The position numbers and the translations under genes are program-made. A stretch of DNA of 64,000 nucleotides from Octopus vulgaris (taxonomy: Eukaryota), in NCBI GenBank assembly GCA_951406725.2, contig OX597836.1, positions 2,294,001-2,358,000 on the forward strand, given 5' to 3'. Below are positions 27,589-41,327 of this stretch, one piece after another (within the stretch, counting starts at the first letter, position 1; every line of letters begins with the position of its first letter). The notes beneath the pieces were generated by a model. It was given only the letters and a program-made list of their open reading frames with translations, made no database searches and was not told where the DNA came from.

Positions 27589-27809
27589 GCCATGGAGAGC
27601 TGGCAGAAACTTTAGCACGCTGGGCGAAATGCTTAGCGGTATTTCGTCTGTCTTTACGTTCCGCGTTCAAATTCCGCCGCGGTCGACTTTGATTTTTATT
27701 CTTTCGGGGTCGATAAATTAAGTACCAGTTGCGCACTGGGGTCGATCTAATCGACTCACCCCCTTCCCCCAAATTCCGGGCTTTGTGTCTAGAGTAGAAA
27801 AGTATATTA
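27589..27809 (+). mobile_element. SINE family A with 11-bp target-site duplication
   Basis: TATAACCAGAA at 27578-27588 and 27810-27820. Confidence 0.9.
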
Positions 27810-28040
27810 TATAACCAGAACCGTCAGTGACCCCACTTTTTCCGGTAGTCTAGTATGTGTATATATTTATGTGCGTGTGTGTGTGTGCAAATATATGTGT
27901 ACATGTGCATTTGTATATTTGTAGGTATGTGGTGCATTTAGACATGCAAGTATAAATTTCTAACAGCTTTGCAGTTTAAAATGTAGAAGGCTTTCACACT
28001 TTAGGTTACATCTTCCTACTTTTAAACAATTTATTGGAAA

Positions 28041-28600
28041 TCTCTGTGACTCTTTTGCGGACTTAGTAGACCTTCATCAGGGAAAGAATACACATATTCT
28101 TTCCAGACATTGGTTGATGGTGTATCCCTATCATTCAATGCAATTCCGAACAGATTGAAATATATTCTACTATTCTGTGCAGTTTGCATATGAATGCCTG
28201 CACGAACAATGAGTCTTCTTCACTTGCCTCTTCACTCTATTCGTAGATAATCTGCTGCATAATGTTTATATGAAATCCTTGTGCAAACAACCAGTATTAT
28301 CTCTCTGAGGCACGATAAACCTTTCGACCTAATTACTTCGTAACGTCTGTGTTCTCTCAGCGAGGTTAACATGGCTTTTGGAAGATGAATTTGCAATTTA
28401 CAATTCAGATCTTGTAAGTCCGTTTGTTTTGCGCGGTGAGAGTTAATTGATATGCATTTAATTTGTAGCGAATAGTTTACATTGAATTTTGCACCTTATT
28501 GTCAGTAAAGAATCGTTTAACATTACGCTGTGGGGAAAATGGTTTTGCTATTTTGATACACCTCCTTATATTCTGTCGCAAACATTTTGATTCCTGGCCT
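28041..28600 (-). mobile_element. Decayed Penelope-like 3' fragment ending in a damaged hammerhead motif
   Basis: Minus strand CC-CTGATGA-AGGTCTACTAAGTCC-GCAA at 28054-28082. Upstream GIY-YIG similarity is weak. Confidence 0.35.
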
Positions 28601-28659
28601 GACGATGGAATCGATGGAAGTGCCAGAAGGAATGTCATATAAATAATAAAACAAAAAGA

Positions 28660-29102
28660 GTCTCCACCAAAATTTGAAAGTGTTATTGGTATAATGGTTG
28701 TTGTTTTTATCTGATGTTTATTTAGTACTGTGATGCTAAAACCATTCTGTAGAACCAGCCGTATCTTGCGACCTCACATGATTTGGGAACATGTAACAGA
28801 CTTTTGCTTGTTTTATATGGTGCCTGTCTATTTATTTCTGTCTCTGTCCCTCTCTCGCCAAATATCACATCATTAATATGCCCCTGGTTTAATACTGGGG
28901 ACTCTCGAGAGTGACTATTGTTGTTCGAGACAAGACAGGCACCATATAAAATAAGCAAAAGCCTGTTACATGTTCTCAAATCATGTGATGTCGCAAGATA
29001 CGGCTGCTTCTACATAATGGTTTTAGCATCACAGTACTAAATAAATACAAGATAAAAGCAACAACCATTATACCAATAACATCTTCAAATTTTGGAGGAG
29101 AC
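28660..29102. repeat. Long inverted repeat (fold-back): 170-bp arms, 103-bp spacer
   Basis: 28660-28829 is the reverse complement of 28933-29102 with about a dozen differences. Confidence 0.95.
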
Positions 29103-30655
29103 AAAATCGCTTTCTTTCTCTGTCTGCATGACTAAATCCTGCGGAAGACGACAACGAGGATAGTAAATTATACGGTAAATAGATCAAGAAAGAGCCAAGA
29201 AATTGCATTGCTATGTGCTCCTTTTATTTGCTGGGGAGTACAGTTTAATGTGGCTCTACTTTTCTGTAACGTCTTTAAGGGATATAAATTAATGCAGTGT
29301 TATATACTGTTAAATAAAAAGTTGTAGTCACAGGTGGAATATCATTCACTCTCTGTCTTGTTCAAGAACATCCTGGTGATTAAAAAACATCGTTGGAAGT
29401 ATTTGTGTTGTAAGTCGACCACTTTGGAATATATATAACCAATTCTTTTCAATCACACAACACACGGGGCGAGGAAAGACAAAACAAAGCATCAGGATAA
29501 TAACTAGATAATATGCACCCGGGCTGTCTCCGGCGTAATGGTCAGGAATGGATTGCCCGTTCAGTATTGTTACTTTCTTTCATCAGGATTAAGTTGTAGC
29601 TAAACAAACTTTCTACACTAAAAAACAAACAAAAACAGCAACAACTGAAATAAAAACAACGACAACAACAACTACTACGTTATTACTGGCTTATTAATCT
29701 AAAACCACTTTAGAATTTCCTAACAATATTTACAAACACGATTCCACACAAAGAACTGGACAAAACAGTAAACACTAACAAAACAAAAGCCAAACCAACT
29801 GACACAACAAGAAAAGAATCGTTTCAAACATTGAATTGATAGTTTTACTTTCATCTTAATATTTTATTGACGTTTTCATGGTCGCTTTATTTATTACATT
29901 TATTATTTTCTATTGTTCTTCTCGTCTGCTTTCATTTATTCGCGGTTGTTTCATTAATCCCTTCTGTATATTTATGCATTCTTTATATTCATATAATTCC
30001 TTGATTCTGCAGATAATTCCACAGCATTGCGCCTGACCAAACACTTCGCTAGTTAACACAATTTCTTTACAACTTTTCTCTTTTTCCTTTCTGTTTTTTT
30101 TACAGATTTTGTTTAGTTTTTTTATTTCTATTATTTTATTATTCTTTTCACGTTTTTCTTATAATTTCAGGCGGAGGCATGGGTGCTGGTCAAGAATACC
30201 AATCAATTTTACAAGCAATATCGCTAACATTTTCATAGCCATGGTCGACGTCGTCGTCCCCCTCCGCCACCTACTCCTCATCATCATAATCATCATAATC
30301 CTCATTGTCGTCGTCGTCGTCATTCAGGACCAATATGGAATAAAGTTTCGGAAAAAAACAACTGCAAAACTTTGTTGATATAATTTTTTTTTTTGGATCC
30401 AGATGAAACGAGTTCGAGTGGGGATTTACATTTTCTTTTTGGCTACAAAATGTTCTGATATTCTTCAATGTGCTTCATTATATGGTGATAAGCTTTGATC
30501 TGCAAGAGACTTGGCTGCTATGTCTTTCAGGTCAAGTAACGAAGGAAAACATAAAATGGGAAAGAAAAAAACATTAGCAAAGATTCTTAAAACAAAGAAA
30601 AACATTTGCGATCGAGCGATAATTCAAAGTATACACTCATGTTTATTATTCGAAT

Positions 30656-30722
<67 letters not shown>

Positions 30723-31344
30723 TATATAATATATTGTAGCTTTCTGCATTTTATATATTTGTCAGGCATTTTAGTCATAGCATTGAATGCAGCCTGAAGT
30801 CACACGTCACTGTTCCTCATAGAAAGATTTCAAATTTCACACCTGTAATATAACATAAGCAACCATAACCCGAACGGTAAACGAGATTGTAAAATCGAAC
30901 CCCATTATGGAGGTCTGTTGTATGAAAAATCAACTTTTATCAAGAATAGCTATTCTTAAGCCTGTGTTTCATTTTTGTGTATACTTAGAACTCAGAAATT
31001 TAGCTATCTGTTTCTCTGAATCAGTAGATATTTCTCTTAGCTACTTGGCTCTCTGTATCTAACATAAAGTAGTATAAATTATATAGTATAAATAAGGTGT
31101 ATATATATATATATATATAAATACTGAACTACATGAACTATACTGGAATGCAAGATAATATGACGGATTTTGAGTATGAATATTATGGAATATGGCAGTA
31201 AAATAACCATATGGATTTAAATACTCTCTTCAAAAGTAGTAATTTTTAATTTTTATTTTACATTTCAAACAAACACTATTTTACAATTTTAATTCACATT
31301 TAAAAAAAGTAGAATTCGATACATTATACAATATTCATATTTTA

Positions 31345-31421
31345 TATCTCTGAAGAGCAGAAGGGTTGTCTATAAGAGCTTATCAGTATAGGACTTCATC
31401 GTGCGAAACGATCGTAAGATG
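31345..31421 (+). ncRNA. Minimal type I hammerhead ribozyme (Penelope-associated type), intact core
   Basis: atct-CTGAAGA-gca...tgc-GAAA-cgatcg-TA-agat: stem I, conserved core, long stem II, palindromic stem III and a GUA cleavage triplet. Upstream CCATATGGATTTAAAT resembles a frameshifted PYGLN C-terminus of a Penelope-like element. Confidence 0.75.
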
Positions 31422-31589
31422 CTTAAAAACTTAATTTAAAACTTTTAAACTTTATTTTATACATCATATTTATATTTTTACTATTTATATATTTATATAT
31501 ATTTTTAATACATAAAATCTTTCATATGGGTATATCTTTGTGAAAAATTCGATGTTGATTTCCTTATATTAATAATAATATATTATTAA

Positions 31590-31628
<39 letters not shown>

Positions 31629-31710
31629 AAATAATGTATATATATATATAAATTTATCGCCAGATATTTTCTATTTTATATATGATAATAATAATAATAA
31701 TAATATATGG

Positions 31711-31792
<82 letters not shown>

Positions 31793-31946
31793 TTGCATAT
31801 ATTTCTACATACATACATATATGGGCACACGACACCACGGAGTACGTATGTATGTACATATCTATACATATTAGAGGATTTGTTAACCTTGCAAAGAGAA
31901 GCTTCTATCCAGCGAAATACTGGTTGAATACAAATGGTTTATATCC

Positions 31947-32165
31947 AGTTAAGAGAAGAAAAGAAAATTACGATAAGGAAGTTAACCATTATTTATCTGT
32001 AACAAATTGGTCATCTTCGCTTCTTAAAACCTTTTCAATGAATACGCAATAATTTAAATTTGCACATGAAATTTGCATTTATGTGACATGAGCATAATAT
32101 CATTAGAGAAAAAAAATGTGTACCTTGTGGTGTTATATGTGGACCTATCAACTCATTTCAGCAGA
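31947..32165 (-). mobile_element. Unnamed repeat of about 220 bp, copy 1 of 2
   Basis: Colinear with 56625-56842 (ACAAATTGGTC.TCTT.GCT.CTTA and TGGACCTATC...TCATTTCAGCAGA). Confidence 0.7.
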
Positions 32166-32692
32166 GAGATGTACAAATCCGTGATTAAATTATTGCGTGT
32201 TAATTGAAACGTCTGTGTGAAGCGAAAATAACCAATTTGTTAATAATAAATTATTGTTAACTGCCTTTTCTCCATTTTCTTTTTTATTTGAACTGGATAT
32301 AAATTATATCTATAGATCTCTCTCTATTCTCCTCTCTATATCCATCTCCCCCTCTATCTCTTTCTCTCTCACTCTCTCTCTGTATACACATACATATATA
32401 TATATATATAAATATAGGGGTAATTCATCAGGGTTTATTGGTAAACATAGGCATATAAAAAAGAGTTTTATAAGATACGTCAAACAATCTCTCGCTAGGT
32501 TCAGTCCTTTGGGCACAACGCAGTGTATTGTTGACGGTGGTCAACTTAATTTTCAGTTCGAATAGACTTAGTTGGACTACACTGAAATGCTATTCTAATT
32601 CGCCCAGCGACAGATGTTCCGGTCACCAAGTCCTTCTATTCTGTAGGACACTTCCCGTAACGTCTCATCCCCCATACGGGTGCTTACTAGAG

Positions 32693-33111
32693 TTACTCTC
32701 TCTTCTACTCTTTTACTTGTTTCAGTCATGTGACTGTGGCCATGCTGGAGCACCGCCTTTTAGTCGATGAAATCGACTCCAGGACTTCTTATTTGTAAGC
32801 CCAGTACTTATTTTATCGGTCTTTTTTGCCGAACCGCTAAGTTACGGGGACGTAAACACACTAGCATCGGTTGTCAAGCGATGTTGGGGGGACAAACACA
32901 GACACACAAACATACACGCACACATATATATGTATATACATATATACGACGGGCTTCTTTCTGTTTCCGTCTACCAAATCCAATCACAAGGCTTTGGTCG
33001 GCCCGAGGCTATAGCAGAAGACACTCACCCAAGGTGAGACGCAGTGGGACTGAACCCGCAACCATGTGGTTCGTAAGCAAGCTTCTTACCACACAGCCAC
33101 TACTACGCCTA
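32693..33111 (-). mobile_element. SINE family C, full length
   Basis: Colinear with 14578-14975. Confidence 0.9.
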
Positions 33112-33692
33112 TGATAGTTATTTTCCATAATTTGCACCGTAATTACTGTGAAATAGCGTAACTCTTCTAGCAACACGTTATTAATGTTTGACCTGTCACA
33201 AACGTTGAGTCTCTATTGATAGAATTTATGTTTGCAGGGTTGTATGTGCGTGTAAGTGTGTGCATGGTTTTATGTGTGTAGGAGTGTGTGCATCTATTTC
33301 TTTTTTTAAATATATATAGCTGACATGGCGAATGTCGCATACAATCATTCCTTGTAATTTTCACAAAGTTACAGACGAATGTGGCTAACCTGCCGGCAAA
33401 TTTCAGAGACTTTTAAGCACAGGATCAATTTGAAATAATTACCAATCAACTTCTTGAATTAATTTATTTGCTTCGAGGAAAAGTTGTCTGATCTTCCTTT
33501 GCACACAAGTAACAATTAAGAAAATATGCATCACTTTAGTGCAGTTTAACCTAGCTGGCAATTTGTAATATATTGATACAATCATAGAAAACAAGATTTC
33601 GATTATTTTTTGAAGATCCTTAATTCACATCATTAATTTATTTTTTAAATCTAAGAGAGAATTATAATTATTGATCTGCAGGTTTATCTAGA

Positions 33693-33739
33693 CTGTAATA
33701 TGAAGAGGATATGAAATAGACCGAAACATGTACTCACAG
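33693..33739 (+). ncRNA. Decayed minimal hammerhead motif downstream of a possible Penelope-like remnant (33370-33660)
   Basis: ctgtaat-ATGAAGA-gg..cc-GAAA-catg-TA-ctcacag. C3 is mutated; stem III is palindromic. Confidence 0.55.
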
Positions 33740-33758
33740 GTATCCCTATTCTCTAAAT

Positions 33759-34271
33759 CAGAGTCATCACACTTTTTTCACGGCGGGTCAGATAACTGAG
33801 AGACTGACGAGCGCGGGCCGCATAACCATTTTGTTCAGTGAATACACAAAAAATGTAGAAAACCAACATATTTATTTACCAAAATCTATCAAAGAAGCTG
33901 ATGTTGGCAATAAGATAGTTATAGCACGCCCAGTGCGCACATATCCAAATCTCACAAACTAAGCAACAAAAATGGTTGGTGAGATTTGTGAAACTGGTGT
34001 TTAGCCTTTGAAGATATCATCAATATTTACTTTGGAATCGTTGCATCCAACCAAGAGAATTGCTTTGAAATGTTCCTCTGTCATCCTTCTTCGATGTGCT
34101 GACGTCGCATTCTTCATTATTGAAAATGTTTGCTCAGAGACATAAGTTGTTCCAAGCACTGATGCCGCATCAAAAGCAATTAAACTCCCATTGCAGGTAT
34201 TTTCAGAAAGGGTACAGAGCCATGGCGGGCCGGATGAACTGAACTCGCGTGTCGTAGTTTTGTGATCCCTG
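33759..34271 (-). mobile_element. Non-autonomous hAT (Buster/Charlie/SPIN-type) element with transposase C-terminal remnant
   Basis: Termini CAGAGTCATCACA / TGTGATCCCTG. 8-bp TSD CTCTAAAT (33751-33758) / CTCTAAAC (34272-34279). Subterminal GCGGGCCG motifs. Reads SVLGTTYVSEQTFSIMKNATSAHRRRMTEEHFKAIL (hAT dimerisation domain). Confidence 0.9.
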
Positions 34272-34560
34272 CTCTAAACTGACAAGAAATGATATTTTCA
34301 ACAGGGTGTAAATTCACAGGTCACACGTTTGCTTCATTTCAAAAAATTATCTTCTCTTCGACATCAGAGTCACTAGCCACTGCCGCTAGGTGTGTCATTA
34401 CCGTTTCCAACGCGGAGATAAGGTTGAATGAATTAAGAATGTACTTTGTACGACATTCGAAATATCAACAATCTTGAAGTGAGTCATAAAAATTCATGAC
34501 CGTGGAACGTTTGAACAATTCATCTTCGACGAATGTCTGCATAAACACCTATACATACGG

Positions 34561-34753
34561 ACTTTATTTTTTATCTTTTCCTAGTAGCAGTTATTAGACT
34601 AGGGCCGTGCTGGGGCACCGGCTTGATAGAGTTTTAGTCGAATGAATCGAACGCCGTACCTTTTTTAAGCCGATCCTTATTCAGTCGGTTTCTTTGGCAG
34701 AATCGCTAAGTTCCGGCAAGTAAACACAACACAAAGACAAACGAACACGCACG

Positions 34754-34838
<85 letters not shown>

Positions 34839-34975
34839 ACATAACCGATGGTCTTCCTTCGGTTTCCATCTACCAATTCTGCTAACAAGGTTTTGAAATG
34901 CTCAACAACTATGAGGGAAGAATCTTACTCAAGGTGCCATGCTGTGAGACGGAACCACGTACCGCACATGTATGC
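34561..34975 (-). mobile_element. SINE family C (diverged) with expanded internal (CA)n
   Basis: Both halves match family C; (CA)n at about 34745-34840. Confidence 0.8.
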
Positions 34976-34985
34976 GGCGTATAAG

Positions 34986-35016
<31 letters not shown>

Positions 35017-35134
35017 TTGGTGCGAGATGGAGTGAGGGAGAGCGAGAGATGGTGCGATAGAGAACGAGATAGCCAGATAGATTGATATATGCATATATAC
35101 TTGCATGTATGTACATACAAACATACATATTAAT

Positions 35135-35197
<63 letters not shown>

Positions 35198-35694
35198 GAG
35201 AAGAAGAGAAAGTCATTGATACGTATACATATTTCTGCGTGTGCATGTGTGTGTATGTCTGTGTATGTATGGGCGTGTGTGTTCGTGTTTTTCTCTTTCA
35301 ATCTCGATAGAGCTCTCTCTCTCTCTCCCTCTTTCTCTCTCTCCGATATCCTACCTTCATTTCCACCACATCTCTCTCTGTCTCTCCGTCTCTCTCTTCC
35401 TCTATCTCTAACTGTATATGCAGTATAGAGCAGCGTTTTAAAATACTAGAAATGTCTTTTGAATGATGAGAATTAAATGAAGACGGGGAGTCACGAAATA
35501 TAAAGCGGGAATAAATGAGAGAAGACAAGAAGACGTTGAATTGAGAAGTTGAAGAATGACATAAGAAGGACGATTGGACACGATTGGAATAGTGTGCTAT
35601 TGACAACAAGTATCGTATATCCATGCATCTAACTGTATGTATGCCTGTACCCCGAATGCGTGCGTGCGTGTTCGTGCAGTTACTTGATATATAT

Positions 35695-35756
<62 letters not shown>

Positions 35757-37115
35757 GTATATCTATACTAATATGTTTATGAATGCAAACAGATACATAT
35801 ATATATGCATGTATGTGTGTATGTATATATATAGTTGTATGCGAGTATGTATGGCCGTATGTTTGTATGTATGTATATATGTGCGTGTGTATGTATGATT
35901 GTGTGTGAATGTAGGTTTGACTTAGAATTACCTCAATGGATTCTTTCAATCTTGGAGAGATTATTCCTCATTTCAAATCTGGTGGAATTCGTAGAATCTG
36001 CCGAGTACTGTAATTGCATTGACTACTTGTTGTCAATTCAGTCATTTCGTACTTTTTGAAAGCCAAAGGCTATTTATTTGGAAATTGTCTTGTCACATTC
36101 TGACTACACCAATATTCCTTTCTTTACGGAGCATTCTTTCTCTCTGCTTCTGGTCATTATATAATGCGTCGAAATTCGTTCTTCCTTTTTAAGAGAGGAA
36201 CAAATACAACCATTCGAAGACTAATGTCAGGGCCTTGATCATGGCATAAAGTGAAAGCCTTCCTATCAGAAGCTAACAAAAGCATGGAATGAAATAAATT
36301 AAATTTAGTAACAGCAGAATACTTGGCTGTTGGAAAGAAACGATTCGCCATTTTGCATCTGACTCCAAAGCGATGGCAGCCACAGACCTGACAATATTGG
36401 TGACTTGATAGAATGACAATTATGCCATTATTATGTGATAAAGAATTGATTTCATGAAATCGCGAATCGATCACCACACACATTAGTTGATCAGCGGCGA
36501 ATATGTATCACATATTGTTAAGGGCAAATATGAGTTCGCACAAAAAGATATATATTTCATAGAATTGGGGATATTATCTGAAAGTATAGATCTAAAAATA
36601 GAGATAAGCAGAATGTGCTAAATGAAATCGATCCAATTAGCAGAGTAATAAAATTCTATAATATAATATTCCTATAGAAATGTATTTCTTTCGGAAGAAT
36701 TGAAGAACGTGTAGAAAAATATATAAGCAAAATTTTAGGATTACACACACCCGCCTTAAACAAAAATATATCTTATGAACTGCAAGCATATTATATAGAA
36801 AACTTCAATACAATAGCTTGTCAAGGAAAGAAAGGCTACGCCTATTAAGGTTTGTGAATCGTTGCTCAATAAAAGGATTGAACTTATGCCCACCGTTCTT
36901 TCAGAACTCTACATTTATTGCTTACGAATGGTTTCCTGAAGAGTTGAGTGCTGGCGTTACTAATGTATGGCTACTATGGAGCACTTGCAGAAAACAGCAC
37001 TGCTTAGAACCTCTCGAATACTCCAGAAGGTGCTCGAAAACTAAAAGGTTTTACCTTAGTTCACTGGTAGTGAACATCTGACACCGTAGTACATCCCCAG
37101 CCTTATTGCAAAGGA

Positions 37116-37174
<59 letters not shown>

Positions 37175-37186
37175 TAATAATAATAA
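37116..37186. repeat. (AAT)n
   Basis: Seen directly. Confidence 0.95.
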
Positions 37187-37765
37187 AGGAAATGTCAACA
37201 CATATGACATAAGAATATATAACACCAAACTACAAACTCCAAGTAACGGTTAAATAATTAAGAAAAAAAAAACATAAAATTCCGGTAGGAATATATCTAA
37301 TGCATTCACGGCATTTTGCTAGAAAACTACACGAGATCATCGCGGAATTTGCATATGGCTGACGTAGGAAGTTATGGGATAATATGTTAACAAGTGATGT
37401 ATATCACCTGGTAACACGATAATCTGTTCTAGATACAAAGTATTTCTGAAAATAATTAGATTTTCTAATTCTTTTGTCTGTTAGGTGCGTGTAAAACGGT
37501 AACTGTAGGACTGAAATATTTGGAATTTGATGTGTGTGTATCTACACATACGTAAACATGCATGCATGTATATATATATATATATATATATATAAGTATA
37601 CATATATGTATGCATGTATGTATGTGTATATATGTATGTATATGTGTGTGTGCGATGTGTATATATGTGAGTTGGTGGGTGTGAGCTAATGTGTGTGTCT
37701 TTGTGCGAACATGCATATATATGTATACACACATAAACATACACACACAGATACTCCCACACACA

Positions 37766-37811
<46 letters not shown>

Positions 37812-37989
37812 CATATATATATATATATATACATTGATGTTTATATATTCGTACATACATACACGCATACGCATATACGTAACTATAGCCTTATAATAGT
37901 ATTTGCTTTATACTTGCATTTAAGCGTAAAATCTAATCTGCCGAGTACTTCCTAGTAACAGGCAACACTTCTACAAGAGAAGCTTCAAC

Positions 37990-38800
37990 TTAAACTGTTA
38001 AGACAATCACATGTCAAATGCGGAAAACCTAATAAGGCGTAAGCGCGGAAAATATATAAACGAATTAAGCATATTTTGGAATAAAATGGCATGTCAGCAT
38101 AAGGAGGAATGGTGTAATGTGTGACGAAAGAAACCAGAAATATCCTCCCATAATTCTACATAGGAATACCAGTGGGCTTAATTAGGCAACGATTCATCAA
38201 AGACATTCGTACGTCAGAAATATACAAGCGAGAAGGCGGCGAGCTGGCAGAAACGTTACTACGCCGGGCGAAATGCTTTGCGGTATTTCGTCTGCCGCTA
38301 CGTTCTGAGTTCAAACTCCGCCGAGGTCGACTTTACCTTTAATCCTTTCGGAGTCGATTTATTAAGTACCAGTTACGCACTGGGGTCGATATAATCGACT
38401 TAATCCATTTTGTCTGTCCTTGTTTGTCTCCTCTGTGGTTAGCCCATTCTGGGTAGTAAAGAAATATGTATTTTATCTGCAGCCACGTTCTGAGTTCAAA
38501 TTCGGCCGAGAACGACTTTGCCTTTCATCCTTTCGGTGTCGAAAAATTATATACCAGTTGCGTAGTGGGGTCGATATAATTGACTGGATCCCTCCACCAA
38601 AATTTCGGGCCTTTTGCTTTGAGCAGAAAAAATATACAAGCGTGCAACAGTGCCGTTATCAAATAACTTTTTGCTGCTAAAAGAATATAGTATGTCTAAT
38701 GAAAACCCGTGAGAATATTCCGATGGAAATTAATGTTACGAAATGCTGTCAATTATATATATATAGGAGGAAAGTAGTCATTGCTGAGGAGCATGGAATT
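37990..38800 (+). mobile_element. Decayed Naiad-type Penelope-like GIY-YIG fragment interrupted by a SINE dimer
   Basis: Reads FYIGIPVGLIRQRF before the SINE and ..LSNNFLLLKE..KCCQL after it. Confidence 0.5.
38231..38629 (+). mobile_element. SINE family A dimer with 13-bp TSD
   Basis: A full copy followed by a head-less second unit from about 38469. AAATATACAAGCG at 38218-38230 and 38630-38642. Confidence 0.9.
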
Positions 38801-39376
38801 TTCAGCCATATTTCGATACACATGTTTAGAATATTCAGCCTTATGCTGTCAATTTTATTAAGGCATACGATATATAACGCAACATATATCGCCATTATTC
38901 AATTGACAATAGGACAGAGAAAGAACTAGTTTTTTCTAGAAATAAACATGTCAGTAGTAACTACTCCGGCATGGAAAATATAAAGTTTACTGAACTTTCA
39001 AACTCAAATTCTCAGGGTATTCCTTCTTGGAAACCAAATATGCTCTGTTAGAAATCTATAAAATTAATTTCAGTGTAAACATGGCACAGTACGTGCGGAA
39101 GAACGATCTGTTTTCGATTATGTCCCTTTCATCGCGTAATCACAAGCATAACAAGAGGTGACCGAACACATGGAGGGTAAGAGGAACGGGGTTGTTAATA
39201 CTTCAATGAATGATGTATTGGAGGCGTCGTAGTCTTTGTATTATTAGGTTATTTATGAGGTGAAAATTGAAGTATACGACCTCAGATTAGTATTTAGTTA
39301 TACAAAGACAAATAAATATACATTTTTGTGTACATGAATTAATTAATGTATGAAGACACACACACACACACACACA

Positions 39377-39418
<42 letters not shown>

Positions 39419-39765
39419 AAACACATATATATATATGTATAAATGTCACAAAACCTAAACAGCAATGCCTAAACGCTGTCCGAATCCGAGACATTTAACT
39501 TGAGCAGATAATTATCTTTTTAACTAATCCCTGAAACTAATACAACTCTTCCTTGATTTACTAAACCCGTCTAAGGTAAATCCCTCTCCCTATATTACTC
39601 CTTCTGGTCTAAATCCTAAAAAAAAAACACAGTAGGGGGCGAAAATGATATATAACCCTGGGGTGTTGAGTTTAAATCTATATTGAACGTGTATCTCTAT
39701 GATATATCGCCAAAGACGGCGCACATACAGACTCGTTAATGCGTCGCATAAAATAATGCTTCTAC

Positions 39766-39925
39766 AGTATTTCTGACGGCTCTAGTTTCCGAGTTCAAAT
39801 TCCGTCAAGGTCGACTTTGCTTTTCTTCCTTTTGATGTTGATAAAATAAACAATTGAGCAGAGGGTTCGATATAATCTACAAAACTTGCCCATAAAATTA
39901 TGGACCCTTTGTCAACATTTGTTAC
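39766..39925 (+). mobile_element. SINE family A (old, 5' truncated)
   Basis: CCGAGTTCAAATTCCGTCAAGGTCGACTTTGCTTTTC. Confidence 0.75.
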
Positions 39926-40964
39926 TTCAACATACGTGGACAGAAGTATTGACTGTCGATCTACTTTCATTGTAGTTGGACAAAATTCTTTCCGAAATAG
40001 ATTGGAAGTATACTTATCCATATCTAAAGATTTTTTTTTCTTTTTCGTTATATATACATAATTATTTATAGTACCTACTAAAACTGAAATGTAAGTGCTG
40101 CGTCAGCAGAATTTGGAATTTTGTCAAGAACTGTAAGATAAGTAACGAAGCACCAAAATATATTTTGGTTCAAAGCAAACACCACTTTGTCACGTTCCCC
40201 GACCTACATCATATATGACACCAATATAATTTCATTTTAGCCATTCAATTCCATTTCTATTTTTATATAGTTTGCCATGTTTTTTTTTATTAAATAAACA
40301 TTATTGTTTTCTCCATTCTCCGCTTCTTCATCTCCCTTTCCTACTTCTTTTTTAATCGTCTGCATTATTATTATTATTATTATTATTATCATTGTTGGTG
40401 TTGTTGTTGTTGCTACGTTTTTATTGGAATTACTTTACTTAAATTTCTTTCATGTCTACACATTTTAATTGAAACTTTTCTTCAATTATACGGAGTTGAT
40501 AGTTTTTATATTTGGTGGGTGTGTGTGTGTCATTAGGGTTGAATTGAGGATGTGATATAAGCTATTGTTCTCTTTGTTTCTGTGTCGTGTCTAATTGAAA
40601 TAAGCCACTTCATAAAGAATACACTTGCTGCAATATGTGTGCGTATTTTTGTGTGTGAAGTTAATAGAGTTGCAGAGACATCCCAGGAGATACATCAACT
40701 GCTGTAATGAAGACATATATAAGAGTGCTCCAAGACTAATTGAAAATTAGGCTGTCTATGCTAAATGATTAAGTGACTAAATGAAATTAATATACAATAG
40801 ATTTGTATGTAGAAAGTATACGCATAAGAAAAATATGCCTTGCAATTAAATGAGAGATGTATGTGTACATATGCATATATATATATATATACATATATAT
40901 ATATTTATGTATATATTATATATATTTACATATTTGTATGTGCCTATACCTATACTTATATATG

Positions 40965-40995
<31 letters not shown>

Positions 40996-41007
40996 ATGTA
41001 TATTTAT

Positions 41008-41124
41008 GTGGAGGCGTGTGGCTTAGTGGTTAGGGTGTTGAAATCATGATCGTAAGGTTGTGGGTGATGCGTTGTATTCTTCAGCAAAACACTTCGTTTC
41101 GCGTTGCTCCAGTTCACTCTACCA
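41008..41124 (+). mobile_element. B-related SINE 5' fragment (same head as the 17091-17420 copy)
   Basis: GGAGGCGTGTGGCTTAGTGGTTAGGG..CAGCAAAACACTT..GTTGCTCCAGTTCACTC. Confidence 0.7.
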
Positions 41125-41259
41125 GAACAAAGAAACAATTTCTGTACAAGAACGCTTAACTGAAGAAAATTTACTTATCGAAAAAATATCGAACACGCCT
41201 CAATAGGAACAAACTCCGCTCGTAGTATATATTTTAATTAATGATCACATATCTGTCAC

Positions 41260-41327
<68 letters not shown>

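Noticed and set aside
32415-32440. Minus-strand CTGATGA core
   Set aside because: Runs into (TA)n with no GAAA or stem III.
36180-36480. Possible mariner remnant; similar weak cases at 38900-39200 and 60300-60640
   Set aside because: Similarity is too weak to support without a search.
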